Assembly: GCA_023515725.1 (NCBI GenBank)
Contig: JALDTO010000266.1
Span: forward strand, 318,707 to 382,706
Direction of reading: 5' to 3'
Origin: Amoeboaphelidium protococcarum X5
Taxonomy: Eukaryota > Fungi > Aphelidiomycota
Length of the DNA: 64,000 nucleotides
Shown: positions 25,878-39,353 of the stretch, piece after piece
Layout: each line of letters opens with the position of its first letter
Position numbering within the stretch: position 1 is the first letter of the stretch
Position numbers and translations under genes: made by a program
Notes under the pieces: model-generated
What the model was told of the DNA's origin: nothing
The model's input: the letters and a program-made list of their open reading frames with translations, nothing else
Database searches by the model: none

Positions 25878-28616
25878 TCAATCAAATCTATAACTTTACT
25901 CTCTCTTGAATGCCAACTCCATCATTAGTGATTCGAATGCTCTGTCAAATGCTTTATCATAAGTGTTGGGAACGTGCTCAAGCAGAGCTGTACGCCGAAC
26001 TAGAAACTCTTTGAAATTCTCAGCGGTGGACTTTTCAACCAGCACGCCTTTATAAGTCTTGGCCTTCTTCTTCATTTCGGGTGTGAACAAGTTGATCGAA
26101 GGCAACTTCATGTTACTTTTCAATGATGTCGATGACGACGACGAGGTACTGCCCAGGGTATTATGGCTATTGAGCGGTAAACTCACGGATTTCACCAGCT
26201 GTCTACTATTCTTCCAAGTCTAGTCTTTATACATAGCATTTATAAACATTGCAGAACGCGTAGAAGAGACAGATTCTTCATTCACCTCAATCATATCATC
26301 CAGTAACTCATCAACATCGGGGTACTTGGGCATCATGGACTAATACGGCCGTCGTTCCCTCTCATCATAGTACATGTGATAAATGGTGCCAGCAAGAGCC
26401 AGTTTTATATTCTCCATCTTGGGATCCCTAGGATGGAGAATAGAATCGCGAACATGGTCCAATTCTGCAAACATCAACTTAAGTTTCTCCTTGTCAGACC
26501 AGAGCTGCGTACTATTACTACTAGTCTTTTAATTGGATGAGTTCTAGTTACTGTCGACACCGCTGCTATTGCTATTACCACCAAATGGTATAATCGATGT
26601 AAGCCAATTGTTCTTTTTAGACAATCCTCGAATGTACTTGTCAATTTCCAGCACCTCTGTAAGCATAATTTTGAAATCCATTATATGACCATATGACATG
26701 CGACACACAGCATCATCTTCTAGAATGAATGTGTCAATAACATCCAGATACCGTTTTGATATACTCTCAGATACAACTGGTGGAGGCGCGTAAGAATAGC
26801 AATGTACTCTTAGAGGACGCTATTGACTAGAGAGTCGATTGAGCTCATTCAAGCGATCTTGCATCATCATAGTTAGCATTGCAGCAGTTGCTCCGCCCAG
26901 AGAGTGACCAATCACGTTAATATTCTGGATATTGTGCTGGTCTGCAAGCTTAATGATACGAGGAACCACATTGTCCATAAATCGTTAAGCAGCCAGCATA
27001 ATGCCACCATGAACAAACCCATCCTTCCACGGAGTGTAATCACAAGCAAGATCCGTGAGGGCATCGATAGTGCTCATAGTTCCGCGGATACACATTGCAA
27101 TAGAGTTTGTGAAAGAGTCTTTGACAACAAAATAGCTGGGACGATAGAGACCAACGTAATTCAGAGAGAAATCCAACATGACATCCTCAGTCAAATTCAA
27201 ATACTCCATCACAGTCTTTCGATCGGCATCTTTACGCGCACTGTCCCGTACTATGCCCTGTCCTTTGCCAAAGAAGTTCAATCCTTTCCATCCATATGTG
27301 GCCAGAGCAAATCTGTAAAACTATCTGCCAGTCTGAATTTTGTCCAAATCTTTCACAATATCACCTCCATAAAGGCCTTTAGACTCGGAGATATCACTGC
27401 GTATTGACTACAATTAATCTTTGTAATAAAAGTACTTCTCCAACAACAAATATCCTTTAATGAAATCCGCGTTACTTATACTGGAACCTTAATTCAGAGC
27501 CTAAAACATATTCTATATACCTTGAATAGCTTTAAAAGTCTCCTCCGACAGAATAACCGACCCAATCTGCTGGAATATAGTCTTACCACCACCACTAGAT
27601 TCATCCATTAATTCAGTATAGCTTTTGTTCATCTGTACATCTTACGTAATTATACTACGTCCTAAGTGATGACCATCTTCCTCATCCGAAGAGGAGGAGG
27701 CATTATTAATCAAATCCAGCTAATTTTCTTTAAAAGTACTAAGCTAATCAAATTGATGATCCACTACGACTTACACGGCTCCAATATTAAACTAATCTTG
27801 ATCATGATGTTATTAATCTTGACCACCCTGCGAAAGCTTTCTCAATCTGCTCCGCTACCGAACCTATTGATAATGTGAGGGAGTAACCAATTCGAACCAA
27901 CTTAAGAACTATGTGGGAACATCTTTCAGAAGCGATAATTTCAACTCGGCGCGACCAAGAAGTAGAGGACTGAGCATGAATCTACTCTAATATAGATCAA
28001 TGCAGAGCGTATTAAACAGCAACGAATGATATGGAACATGGAATGTGAAGCTCTCATTCCATTCCAGCTCTTGATCAAGACGCAAAGTCTAGCCATGCTA
28101 CTATGAAGTGATAGACTATTTCTAAATGTTACTACCACCAAAACCAGCAGTGCCACTAGATCCAGCTACGACTTGAATCGTCGAAGTGTCAAATGACTAA
28201 TGGCCAATCATCAATCGGAGAAATAGCGCGGCGGTCATGGGCTTTTATAGCCGCAACTTTCTCACAGAAATCTTCATCAACTCCTTGGACAATTTCATAT
28301 TTATCATCACTGGTTTATCGTCCTTCAGAGTAGAGCTAGTAAGTACAATATCACCACCTTATTTCCCCACCAAATCATCAGGAGAGGTAGAGGACGAGGA
28401 TGAAACAATCATTTCCCGTTCAGATTCATCAATTTCCGAGTCATCGTCATCATCGTTAAAAATTACACCCCTATCCTAACCTTCGAATCCAACTTTCATT
28501 TCACTATCCTCACTCTCATCGACATAAGTATTTTTATTTTTATTCACAAAAACAAAATCATCGCCATTTTTAAATTCGATACTACTCCTTTACTAATCAT
28601 TATCACCCATTTCCAT
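25878..28616 (-). CDS. C2-domain / class-3 lipase (DAG-lipase-like)
   Basis: 913-codon frame; C2-like EWNESFTFHV...LLGRAEL...SWFEL; lipase-3 motifs IRGTMS, GFVHGG, LIGHSLGG, YAPPP, DDAVVRMS. Confidence 0.85.
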
Positions 28617-29050
28617 TGATATGATGAACACGACGCAGAAAGAATTTAAACTCTGCCGAAAAGAAATTGCCATTTTGATTCGCTTTGGTCATCTTGGCTT
28701 CTGAAACGATTTCGCAGATCATTCTTCCTCCTATCAGTCATTCAGTCAGTCAATGAAGAGTAACGGGCATTCCGTTTCAGAATTGCATTCTCTCTTAGTA
28801 CAGTGCAGTGGGTGAATGAGACGATTGTTACGCGATATAATTGGCCAAGAAGACTGTTTTAAAAATTTTAATATTTCTTCCTCCTACCTATTCTATTCGG
28901 ATTCCTTCGTTCTTCCTCTCGTTCATTCTTTTATTCTTTAGAGGCATAGTTGAGTCCGTTAGTTATCTAATAGCAAATTCATCTGGAATAGTATATTCAC
29001 CCAGCATCTATATTAATTTTATTCCATTTAGAGTATATCCTCAAAAAAGT

Positions 29051-31057
29051 ATGAGTCTCGAGTATAAGAATGTGAGATAAAGTCAGTTGGATGCTCTAGT
29101 GTAAATGTTAAACTTGAATCAGTCGGCGGACGAGTAAAAGTAGAGCTAATAGTCGTAACATCATCAACTCACTGTGTGGAAGGTGCTTATATACGACCGT
29201 AAAGGGCAAGATGTTATCGCTCCTCTGCTGAGATTGAGCAAGTTGAGAGAACTCTGCATAACTCTGCATCTTCTGATTGACTCACCAGATAGGGCGGCTG
29301 AGAGTGTCGAGGATGCACCTGCTATTTATTTTATAGAGCCAACACGGGAGAATATCAAACTGTTGGCACGAGACTTGTCTTTGAAATTGTATAGTGAGTT
29401 CTATGTCAACTTTTCCTATACAATCAGCCGTGATTTGCTTGAAGAATTGGCACAGTAGACTATTAATGATGGTTCCTTTCAGTTGATTCGCAGTGTATTT
29501 GATCAATACTTAGATTTTGCCTCGCTTGAGAAGTAGATGTTTACTCTCAACTTACCGGACTCATATCAGGTACTTAACGACCAGAAGAGCACAGATTCAG
29601 TGATTGAAGCCTTCATTATTCAGATTGTCAACTCACTGTTCTGTGTATGTGTCACTTGTCACGTTGTGCCTATTATTCGCTGTCAACCTGGTGGCGCTGC
29701 AGAGATGGTGTCTCGTCAACTGGACTAGAAGTTACGTGATTATGTTAGATCCGCTGGTAAAGATGCCAATAATAGTAGTTAGAACTAATAGAAGCAGGAT
29801 TAATTTATGCAAGCTAAGCGTCCAGTGTTAATTATTCTCGATAGAAACATTGATCTGGCCACAATGTTGCACCACACTTGGAGTTATTAGTGCATGGTGC
29901 ATGATTTGCTGAGCATGTCCGCCAACCGAATTACCTTTGTTGACCAGGAAGGTGGAAGGTAGGTTAAGCGTGTATATGATTTCGACTTGGATGACTACTT
30001 TTGGAGTGCTAATGCATTCAATCTGTTCCCGATTATGGCTGAGAATGTGGATGCAGAATTGACCAAGTACAAGCAGGAGACTGCGGATCTTACCAGATCA
30101 TGTGGTGTAGATTCACTGGATGAAATTGAAGCTGCGAGAAGTGGATCCGCATCGTAATCTACGGCCAGCAGTTTGAAAGTGGCCATCTAACGTTTACCAG
30201 AATTGACTCAACGAAAGCGCATCATTGATATGCATATGAACATTGCCAGTCGACTGTTGAAGAGCATAAAGTCTAGACATCTTGATGACTTCATCGTGAT
30301 TGAGGAGAACTTGAGCAAGGCTACGAAGTTGAACATTTTGGAATTAATCAATTCTGCCGACAAGGGATCTGCCAGTGATAAGATTAGAATGTTTATTGTT
30401 CACTATCTGGCTGGATAGATTGAGTTTACACCTAGTGACATCACGGAGATTGAAGCGGCTCTGCAGGAATAAAATTGTGATACTGATGTTCTTAGATACG
30501 TCAAGAGTGTGTAGGCATTCAGTAAATTATCATCTAATGCTGTTGGTAGTAGTCAAATGCAGAATTCATAGAATGCCTCCAATTTTTTGAATAGATTGTC
30601 ATCTGTCAGGGAGAGCGCGTTCGGATCAGCACTTGGAAATATTATATCTGGAGTTAAGAACATACTTCCGGCATCTACGAAGCTTCCCGTGACTAGAATT
30701 GTAGAGTCTATTTGTCAAGATTCTTCATCTGCTCTGAACTCTGCCGCTTTACTAAGCTCAACTGGATTCTAGTCCTAGTAATCTACACCTGATGAGGAGT
30801 ATCTGTACTTTGATCCTAAAGCTAAATAATAATAATAAAAGTAGTAGTAATAGTCTGCTTAGCAGAAGCGCGCCAAACAGAACTATGATGAAGGTTTCGT
30901 ATTCGTCGTGGGTGGTGGTAATTATGTCGAGTATTAGAATCTCATGGAATATGGCAAGCATGTTAACAAGAAGATCACCTACGGCAGTACTGAAATTATA
31001 AATGCTGACGGATTTTTGTAACAATTGTCACACCTGGGCAAGAGTATGGTGAAATGA
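29051..31057 (+). CDS. SLY1: Sec1/Munc18-family protein Sly1
   Basis: WKVLIYDRKGQDVIAPLL, AIYFIEPT, GGAAEMV, RPVLIILDRNIDL, IDMHMNIA, FVVGGGNYVEY; 669 codons. Confidence 0.96.
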
Positions 31058-31147
31058 ATTGAAACTATTATAATCATAACTTTTTACCAATTTACAATTA
31101 CATCTTAGAATAAATATCGACGATTAATATATATATATATTTCAAGA

Positions 31148-32083
31148 TCACTCATTCATCACAACATCTTCAGATGCTGGTGGAGATGCTGTGTTAGCAC
31201 CGGTATTCCATCCAAATTTGGCTCCCTCATTATGACTACGCTATTGCAGTTGATCGCTGAATGATACAGCACCAGCATCTGGATTCATTGAGGAATCTGC
31301 GTTATTAAAAGCGCCATGAGATTGTTCGAATCTACGGCCGTCATCACGTTTATCATGGCCATCATGTCTCGGTCTGTGCTGACGACCATGACCATTACGA
31401 TGACCTCCGCGACCACCACGCTGAAATCTATCACCGCCGCCACCACTTTTTCTATCATCGCGCCTTGGACCACTAAGACGATTTCTCATAGCTCCGCCAC
31501 CTCCACTTCCACCTCCATGTCCACCTCTAATTCTGTCATGAGACTACTAGCGACGGCGATTATTATTATGAGCAGCACCATTATCATCCTTCTTGGGCTC
31601 TCTGTATGGGATATTAAACCTCTCAGCACGACGCTTCCTTCTCTCTTCCTCGCTAATCTCAGAACTCAACTCCACTGGCGGAATCACAATAACTTTATGA
31701 GGATCCAGTGCAGGTTGCATAACAACATCCTTCTGGGGAGAGACTGGACTATCTACAGCAGGCTTTGTTGTAATGGCGGTACCATGTTGCATCTAAACAT
31801 TTACACTCTGAGTCATCGCTGGAGGTTACTAGCTTGCACTAAAGGATGCACCGCTCTACTATTACTATTACTATTACGGGGGATAAACTTGAGGTGACAG
31901 CAGCTACTATTAGTTGACTTATTATTACTACTACTATTGCTGTTATGCCAGAGACTGTAAATGGTTATACAATCGTTCAATCAACTCATCCTTCTTACCG
32001 CTCACAGGCAACTCATACTCTTGCAATTTCTCTTTCAACTCGGCAACCTTTAATTTTTTCAAATCATCCAATTGCACTTCCAT
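31148..32083 (-). CDS. SAP-domain RNA-export protein, Tho1/SARNP-like
   Basis: N-terminal SAP domain (LKVAELKEKLQEYELPVSGKKDELIERL), EEERRKRRAERFN motif, RGG-rich tail; 312 codons. Confidence 0.82.
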
Positions 32084-32496
32084 ACTATCAATATTGATTT
32101 ATTTTTGAAAGAAATCAAATGTCAATCCAATGTATTGTAATTAGAACTAAGTGGTTAACCAAAACACAGTCGAATAAAGAATGGAAACTAAGAATCCAGC
32201 ACGATCAACAACAGACGGGAGGAAAGAAGGAAACACATGACGCCGTTGACTGAAGCTCAATGAGAAATCAAAGTGGATCTGGCAAAAACTATTAGTTAAT
32301 TTTACCTTTATCTTTAATGGAAATAAAAGTTCGCGTCTTCATCTTGATACTGTACAAGAAATGGCAAATTCCACATTAAAAAGTCTACCAAACAACTCTA
32401 ACTAAAAGCTTTCGCTCTACATAAAGTACTTGCAGTAACGATGCGATTGAGTTAATGACTCGATGTAGTATAGTATATTCATTCCTTTATGTCAAT

Positions 32497-33826
32497 TCAG
32501 TAATCCCATTTAATGTTGAAATTGACGTAAGGATAATAGTCCTTCTCCAACATTATGCCTTGCAGTTCAGATTCATCACCAAGATTATCATCCACTGTGC
32601 CATTCTTGGACACCTTGTTCTTATTCGCAGGATCAAGATATGCATAATTCTAATACAATATCAGTCTTACTCTACTCTCCATCTTGTTATTGATAGGCTA
32701 CACATTATTATATTTCATTAAAGAAAAACGATTAGCTGTGACAAAGACGCAGAAAATACCTTGACGGTGAATATTTAGAAATTAGGAGGCAGACCATAAC
32801 GCAGGACACCTTCAACAAAGGAGCGGAGAACTTTCAAGTGGATCCAAGCACTGAAAACTTCACCGAAATTAACTCTGCACAATCTGATAAGAGAATTCTA
32901 CACTTACAATGCGAATATAGTATCACAGATTTAAGACTAAGAGGAATTAGACAATAAATTACCTTCAACTCTCGATTCTGAATAGATAAATCAGCCAGTT
33001 CCTTCTTATCAGCATCGATTCTAGCTTGATCATACGTGTATTCTCGAGGTATAAATTTCAACTCTTTCAATTACTATATATACTCCTGCAGCACTCGATT
33101 AAAGACAACGACCGAGTATAAGAGATACTCATCATCTTCGGCAACTTTCTAAGCTGATCTAGGCACAACCATGTTGGCGAGACGTTCATATTTAGACAGA
33201 AACTCCTTCTACATCTGCTTCGGTACGGCTACTAGGAGAGTGGTCATATACTCTGAATCTTGCACAAACTGCTCCTTCCTCACTACGGAATCCAAATTCT
33301 TTACCGCAAGTGAGCCAGTCTACTTTCGCTCGATATTGGCAAGATTGTTCTTCACTGTGTTATACTAGGCCAGTTTGGACTTGATCATGGAGTCTATGGA
33401 GTTGACCTCGGCCAGAAGATTATCAGCAATATCCTTGATGCTCTTATCATTCCTGTACTTTACCAAATTCCAACTGAATCCGCGCATCAAGTACTAGTCA
33501 GTGGAGACATCATTCACCGCCAGAATGGAATTGATAGACTGAGAACTGGCGCCACTGCCAACACTAGTGCCACTATTCGTGAACTAGGAGTCCACCAACG
33601 ACTTTAACGTCTCCACAATCTTCACGGCCTACTATTCCACGATGGTATCCATCTTGCCAAGCTCATCTGAAATCACAATCAGAGAGTCCAGAGTGCCAAC
33701 CTTGAATTCAGGTATTCTCAGATCATTAACATTGGCAGTCTAATTCAAGATACTCTTCACTTTATCCACCACTTATCTCTTATCCTGGCCCTATGTAGCA
33801 GGCAAATTTACCATAAAATACAACAT
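32497..33826 (-). CDS. VMA5: V-ATPase V1 subunit C; introns 32898-32962 and 32698-32759
   Basis: [65 protein letters not shown](TAA), DYYPYV. Confidence 0.95.
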
Positions 33827-34520
33827 TTCTGCTTTATCCAATTTAAAATTAAAGATTGACGGATTACTTGAAGTATATAAATGCAATGTACCAGCAAAAT
33901 AATTATAGTAAAAGTTAAGGTGTATCAACGAGAGCACTATCTACAGTAATGCCAAGTCAATTCAGTCAGTAAGAGAACTGCAACGAAAGGAAAGGCCGAA
34001 TAAACGGGGAGAACGCGAGAACAAGAGAGAGCGAGCGAGAGAGAAAGTTGATGTGTTCAAGTCACAGCTGATCGATTCTATGAAGTAATGTGCTTAATGT
34101 GAAGTTTTAATAAAAGACAGTGATAGAGAGGATCTGCAGTAAGATCGCGTCAACAGTTCAACAGGTATTGATAGAAAAGGGGATAGATATGATACGTTCC
34201 AAGCGATTATCCTGCCGGTCTGAAGTTGTGACAACTACCTAAGATGAGCATGTAAAAAGGGCCATCACACCGATAGAAAGAAAATTTAAATACAGTAAAG
34301 GTTAAAACAACGCGGGTGAATAAATACTACGACTAAATGTTCGTTTCGCTCGTCTGAACAAAAGTTCCTAAAGGGGAGATCATCGTGAAGCAGCAGCGAG
34401 CAAACTTTACTATTCTGTATTTTACATTTTCGTTAAAGGCATCACCGATCTACACAACTAATAAATTTAATTCATTCTCTTTAATATTGTCATCAATACG
34501 GTTATTAATTCAATATAAAT

Positions 34521-35708
34521 ATGATGTTTGAAGAAAGCAAGAAGGAGAAGCATAGCAGAGTTATCCAAGAGAGATTGGGCAAGATTGAGAGTGATTTTAA
34601 TTTGAGGAAGGATCAGCTCTTTTAGTAGGCACAGTCACTTTTGCTGGCTGAATTGGATTCTCTTAATGCATCATATGCAGCCTCTCTGAATGGAATTGAT
34701 GGATACGGCAATGGGCATGGTATTTCGTAATAATAACAGCAATAGTATCCTGCGTCTTTGGAGAATTCTCATATTCATCCGTTGCTAAAGGCGAGGCACA
34801 GGGAGCTTGTCAGACAGTACCATCAACAGGTGAAAGACGCCGAGGAGTGGAGAGCGTATTAGCTGGGCGTGTTGGAAAAGATACATAATAGTGATATTCA
34901 GTAGATTGAAGCCGAGTACTAGAGTGAGCGCGATGGTCTTAAGGATCGACTCGTCAAGATGGTGGAGAGTAAACGGAAAAAGTTGAGAGATGAACGCAAT
35001 AATCTGGCTGTGGATGCTGATCTTAATTCTAGTCTGTTGGCGTCTTCTTTTATTGTGCATAACAATCATCCTCAAAGCAATGGTAATGGTAATCAATTTG
35101 CATCTGGTCAGATCAATGGTGGCGATTCAAGGCCTAATGCTGGCGGAGCATGGAATACTAGTAATGCATCATCTGCAGCAACACAGGGTAGAAATGTCGG
35201 TAGTAGCTCTAGCAGTGTAGATAGCCATGATCTGAGCGTAGACTCTGCACTAGCTATTGGTAGATTTGAGGAGGAGAGACGGTTGCTGAGGAAGCGTAAT
35301 AATGAGGAAATGGGATAGTAGAACCAAATTGGCGCCAATTAGTCCCTACTGAATACTGTCTATGATTCTAATCCTTACAGTTATTCATACGGTGAGGCTG
35401 GTATTTCTAGTTTCATTTTCAAGGATGAGTTTGGGAGTGGTGGTGCTGGATTGGGAGGTGCGAATGGGTCCGGTGGTGGTGGTGTTTCTTCTGCCACAGG
35501 GTCCTCTAGAAATAAGAAGGGTGGTACAGGTGCGCAGATGGCATGTCTTCCGTTCATACTAAAAGACTCTGAGATTATGTCCGATTTTGAAATGATGAAT
35601 CAGTCCGGAGTCGCGTCTATTGCCATCAATGGATCATCAGGTGCATACGGTCAGTTGGGTGGTAATAATGCCAAGAAGGGATCGAGCAAACGTATGAGAT
35701 ACAGATGA
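34521..35708 (+). CDS. Sds3/BRMS1-like Sin3-Rpd3L complex subunit
   Basis: Coiled-coil Sds3-like region (IHPLL...EAEYQSERDGLKDRLVKMVESKRKKLRDER) and C-terminal LKDSEIMSDF motif; 396 codons. Confidence 0.75.
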
Positions 35709-35891
35709 TTTTGGCATGTCTCGTTTACTCCTCAGTACAGTGCTGTTGATTGAGTCTACTAAGAGATGATAGTGACACGATTTGTGAAAATGTTGAATAT
35801 ACTGACAATTGATCATGAATTGATAATTTTTTTTCATTGAATATTTACAAATGAGTTATAAATATAGTAGAAGGATGGAAGATTAGATACA

Positions 35892-37775
35892 TCATTACTG
35901 CTAGAGGCAGTATGATGGTTCATCCACCTGACAAATTGCAGCCCCTACTTTGGCATCGCATCCCTCTTCAGGTGTGGTGATAGCTCCAAATTAGCTCATC
36001 TGCAGGCACAATCCACCATAGTTACTTCCTTACCATGAGTTAATCCATGTTGACTGAGTGACACCACTAGCAGTCGAAACGTTTGCATTGTTGATAGGCT
36101 GGGATGGAATAACATTCTCAATGAGGTATAAACGGGTATCATTAGAATCGACATTTACCAGACAGTTGCCGTCATAAGATGTACAATTCTACGAGCATGC
36201 ATTGATAGCATCCTGAAACGTGTAGTCACCTACAACTTTATAGAAGCATGTTCCATTAGTTGGACTGGTTGAATTGCCGATACAGTTTTGACATACAGCA
36301 GATGGACATGGCGCGGTATTGCATGCTTTACTCTCTTACAGATCAGATGGACAAGCTTCACCACCCAAGAAAGGGAATCTTATTATCGATCTAGTTCTGG
36401 TCTGAGTACCGGAACCACAAGGGGCACTACACTCGGAGAATTCTGACCATTCAGACACTACGCAGTCTTGTTTGCACTGGTATGGACGAGATACCACAGT
36501 GTCACCATTCTCAGTCCAGCTGAACAGCACAGCATTGTTAGCCAAACCAGTTCCAACCGGAATAGACTAAGTTGCCGATGGAGATGACGCCGAGGGGACA
36601 AACGCCTCTCCGATGCGCTCGCCACCCTCAGTAAACGATGAGCCACTAATAGCAGAAGCACCACTGCTAGGATTAAAGGTATTGTAAAGAACAACGAAGG
36701 TTTAGTTTAGGGACTGCACGACATATGGTCCACTTTCTATGAGATTAGTACCTGGATTCACTGCAAAAGGCGCTCCTTGAGGAGCCAGATTGTTGTCGTA
36801 CAACTGAAAGTTGATCCTCGATACAGAGTCGGATGATGTAGATGACCAACTGATAACAAACTTGCCATTAGAGAGACCAGCAGCAGACGGGTTAATTTAA
36901 ACATACTCACTGAATGGATTAACTTGGAACGGAGATCCGATAGGAACACCATTAGAATCGTACACGCGAGCTTGTACAGCTGACGCGGTACAACCGTATT
37001 AAGAAGACCAGGTTATAAGATTAAAGCCAGCAGATATTCCAACAACCTGCTAAGATGGAGTCACGTTGTCGCCAAGAGTATTAACGTTAAAACTCGACGA
37101 TCTAGCAGTACCATCACTATTGAAAATTCTAGCATACAATTTACCAGCGCCAATTCTACCATCAGTACCAGCATCATAGCTAATCCATGAAACAATAAAG
37201 CCATTTCTACCAGAATCTCCCTTCAAAGCAGCTACAGAAGGGTACTAGTCTTATCTTGTGGAATTAATATCATCATTCACCAAGCTCTCAGGACCTAGAG
37301 CTATTCCATTGGCATCAAACAGCTGGAACAGGATTCTCTCGTACCTTGGAACCGAGGATCCAGGAATCAAGGCAACCGAGCTCTAGTATACAATGACAAA
37401 CCCGCCATTAGTCAGACCAGCAACAGATGGAATCTTTTGATCAAAGACCGACACTGAATTTACTTAAAATTGCGGAATGAGTACAGATACAGTTTATGAA
37501 GCCTGATCCAGCTGATACACTGTTGCAAAAATACCAAGACCACTGCTGTCTTCCCCAGAGACTTGAGCTGCAACAACAAACGCACTGCCAACCTCTGCCT
37601 TGCTTCCAACGCCTTTCGAGATATTGTACAGGGCAGTCGCAGAAGAGGAAGTAGCTGGAAACTGGCCAGACTGGAATACCAGCGTGTTATCTGTAGAACC
37701 ATAGTTACATACTTCCTACGCGCGAGCAAAGACCGCAAGAAGTGACGCTAGTATAGAGACAGACTGTATGTGCAT
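35892..37775 (-). CDS. Secreted protein: signal peptide, bacterial-type 'FQVN...PSVA.L.NGGFV..W' repeats, thrombospondin type-1 repeat, C-type-lectin-like C-terminus
   Basis: 628-codon frame; MHIQSVSILASLLAVFARA signal; repeats such as FQVNSVSVFDQKIPSVAGLTNGGFVIVY and FQVNPFSEYVQINPSAAGLSNGKFVISW; TSP1 DCVVSEWSEFSECSAPCGSGTQTRTRSI; YTFQDAINAC...TWINSW...C. Confidence 0.85.
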
Positions 37776-38152
37776 TCTCAACTCGCCCGAAATTATCTTC
37801 AAAGTACTTAACTTAAAGGATGGATAGATGCAACAAATTATAAGAGTTACTAGCAGCAGTAAAGTAAGTTACAGAACTTGAGTTCAAGTGAGTGTCAAGA
37901 GCCCACGCGCGTAAAATTTCCTTTTCTAGAGATGTTTCAACAGATTTTGTTTTGAGATTTGCGCGTGTCATTCTCATTCTCATGCGCGTTTGTTAGTTCT
38001 ACAGTGCATTTCGTCATCGCGTGTACGCTACCATGTTTCAACCTTGTAGCTAGCTCTCTCTTCGTTTATTCGTCGCGGTTTGGACAATCTTTCAGACGTT
38101 TCATATAATCCTTTGAAGTGTTTCCGCGAAACTTTGTATCATTGGTGGTATA

Positions 38153-38924
38153 ATGTCGGTGTTTATTGGAGGGAAGTTGGCTGAATTCACTGCTAACAGA
38201 GGTGGCACATTGTAAGTCTTCTAGTTCTGCATACTGACCGATTATCAAGTTTTGGGTCATACTTTGTAGTTTTGTTGAGCTGACAATAGTGGAAGTAAGT
38301 GAAAATGGAGAAGAGAATATACTGTAGATTGTAAAAAGTCAACGTTCCATTGCTTAACACCTAAGAGGAGAATTAAAATGTTACTTGGACTGTCCGTTAT
38401 CACTGAAATCATCTACAGACAGAAAATTGCGATTCTACGCGGTGGTGCGTGAAGTATTAAGTCTCGGTCGGTGTCCGGTTTATGGCTACTCCTATTAAGA
38501 TTACAATCTCTAAAGTGAAGATGATGATCAAGTCGAGCTCTGCCTCGACGTTGTTTCACCCGTGCTGGATGATTAACTGGACGATCTTCAGTACTGGCTG
38601 TTGGGCATAAGTCCTGAATACGAATATTTTAGACCAAACGCAGCTCAAGATCAACAAAAATAGACTTGGACGAATTTTTCAAATCGGAGGTATTAATAAA
38701 TCATACACAGAGGACAGCTTACTATATCATTAATGTTCCTCAGACAGAAGGATCAAACTAAGATAGACGATTCTATTCTAGGCAATATTGTTCCACATAA
38801 AGCTGCTGCGACAAGCTAGCGCGTTCGCACCTCAGATGTGGACAAAGAGATCAAATAAACGGCTATCGCGCCGTCATCCAAGAAGTAGAAAAATCGCAAT
38901 CTGTAGCAAGACTTGGTATACTGA
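38153..38924 (+). CDS. Divergent B9-C2 domain protein (B9D1/B9D2/MKS1 family, ciliary transition zone); intron 38212-38269
   Basis: GTAAGT...TACTGAC...TAG intron. LGRCPVYGYS, YWLLGISPEY and RGQLTISLMFL align by eye with the B9 'G...V.GYG' motif, 'WFMG..PE' motif and terminal strand. Confidence 0.55.
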
Positions 38925-39353
38925 AGTTATCGAAACGAAATTTTTAAAACATGCTGTTTCTGTCTAGCACTCCTTCTGGCTACTAAGTCATATTTTGTGG
39001 ACTGTTCATTTGAGTCATTAGCGTTACGTGGCACCGAGTGATCGCGTGACCAACCGAAGCGTTCTTTTTCCGGATCGACATGCTCAAACTCGTCTTCACT
39101 CTTTTCATTTCTCTTCCTTCTTCTCATCAATCAGCTTTTATTGTGATCCATCGACAGCAATAAAGCGTTATTTGAGCACCGTTGATTAAATATTTATTGT
39201 CACTATTCTATTTGCAATAGTGTCGATTATTCACAATCTAGCTTACTTTTTTCAATTGAGCTAAGAGAAGGTGTGTGTAATATCCATTTCTTATCGTTGC
39301 GTTTGCGCTAAAGATCAGAGAAATTGAATATAAAATCATCAAGAAGAATAAGT

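Noticed and set aside
37900-38030. Clusters of ACGCG/CGCG (MCB/E2F-like) sites in several upstream regions
   Set aside because: Short motifs that also occur in coding DNA; enrichment cannot be judged by eye.
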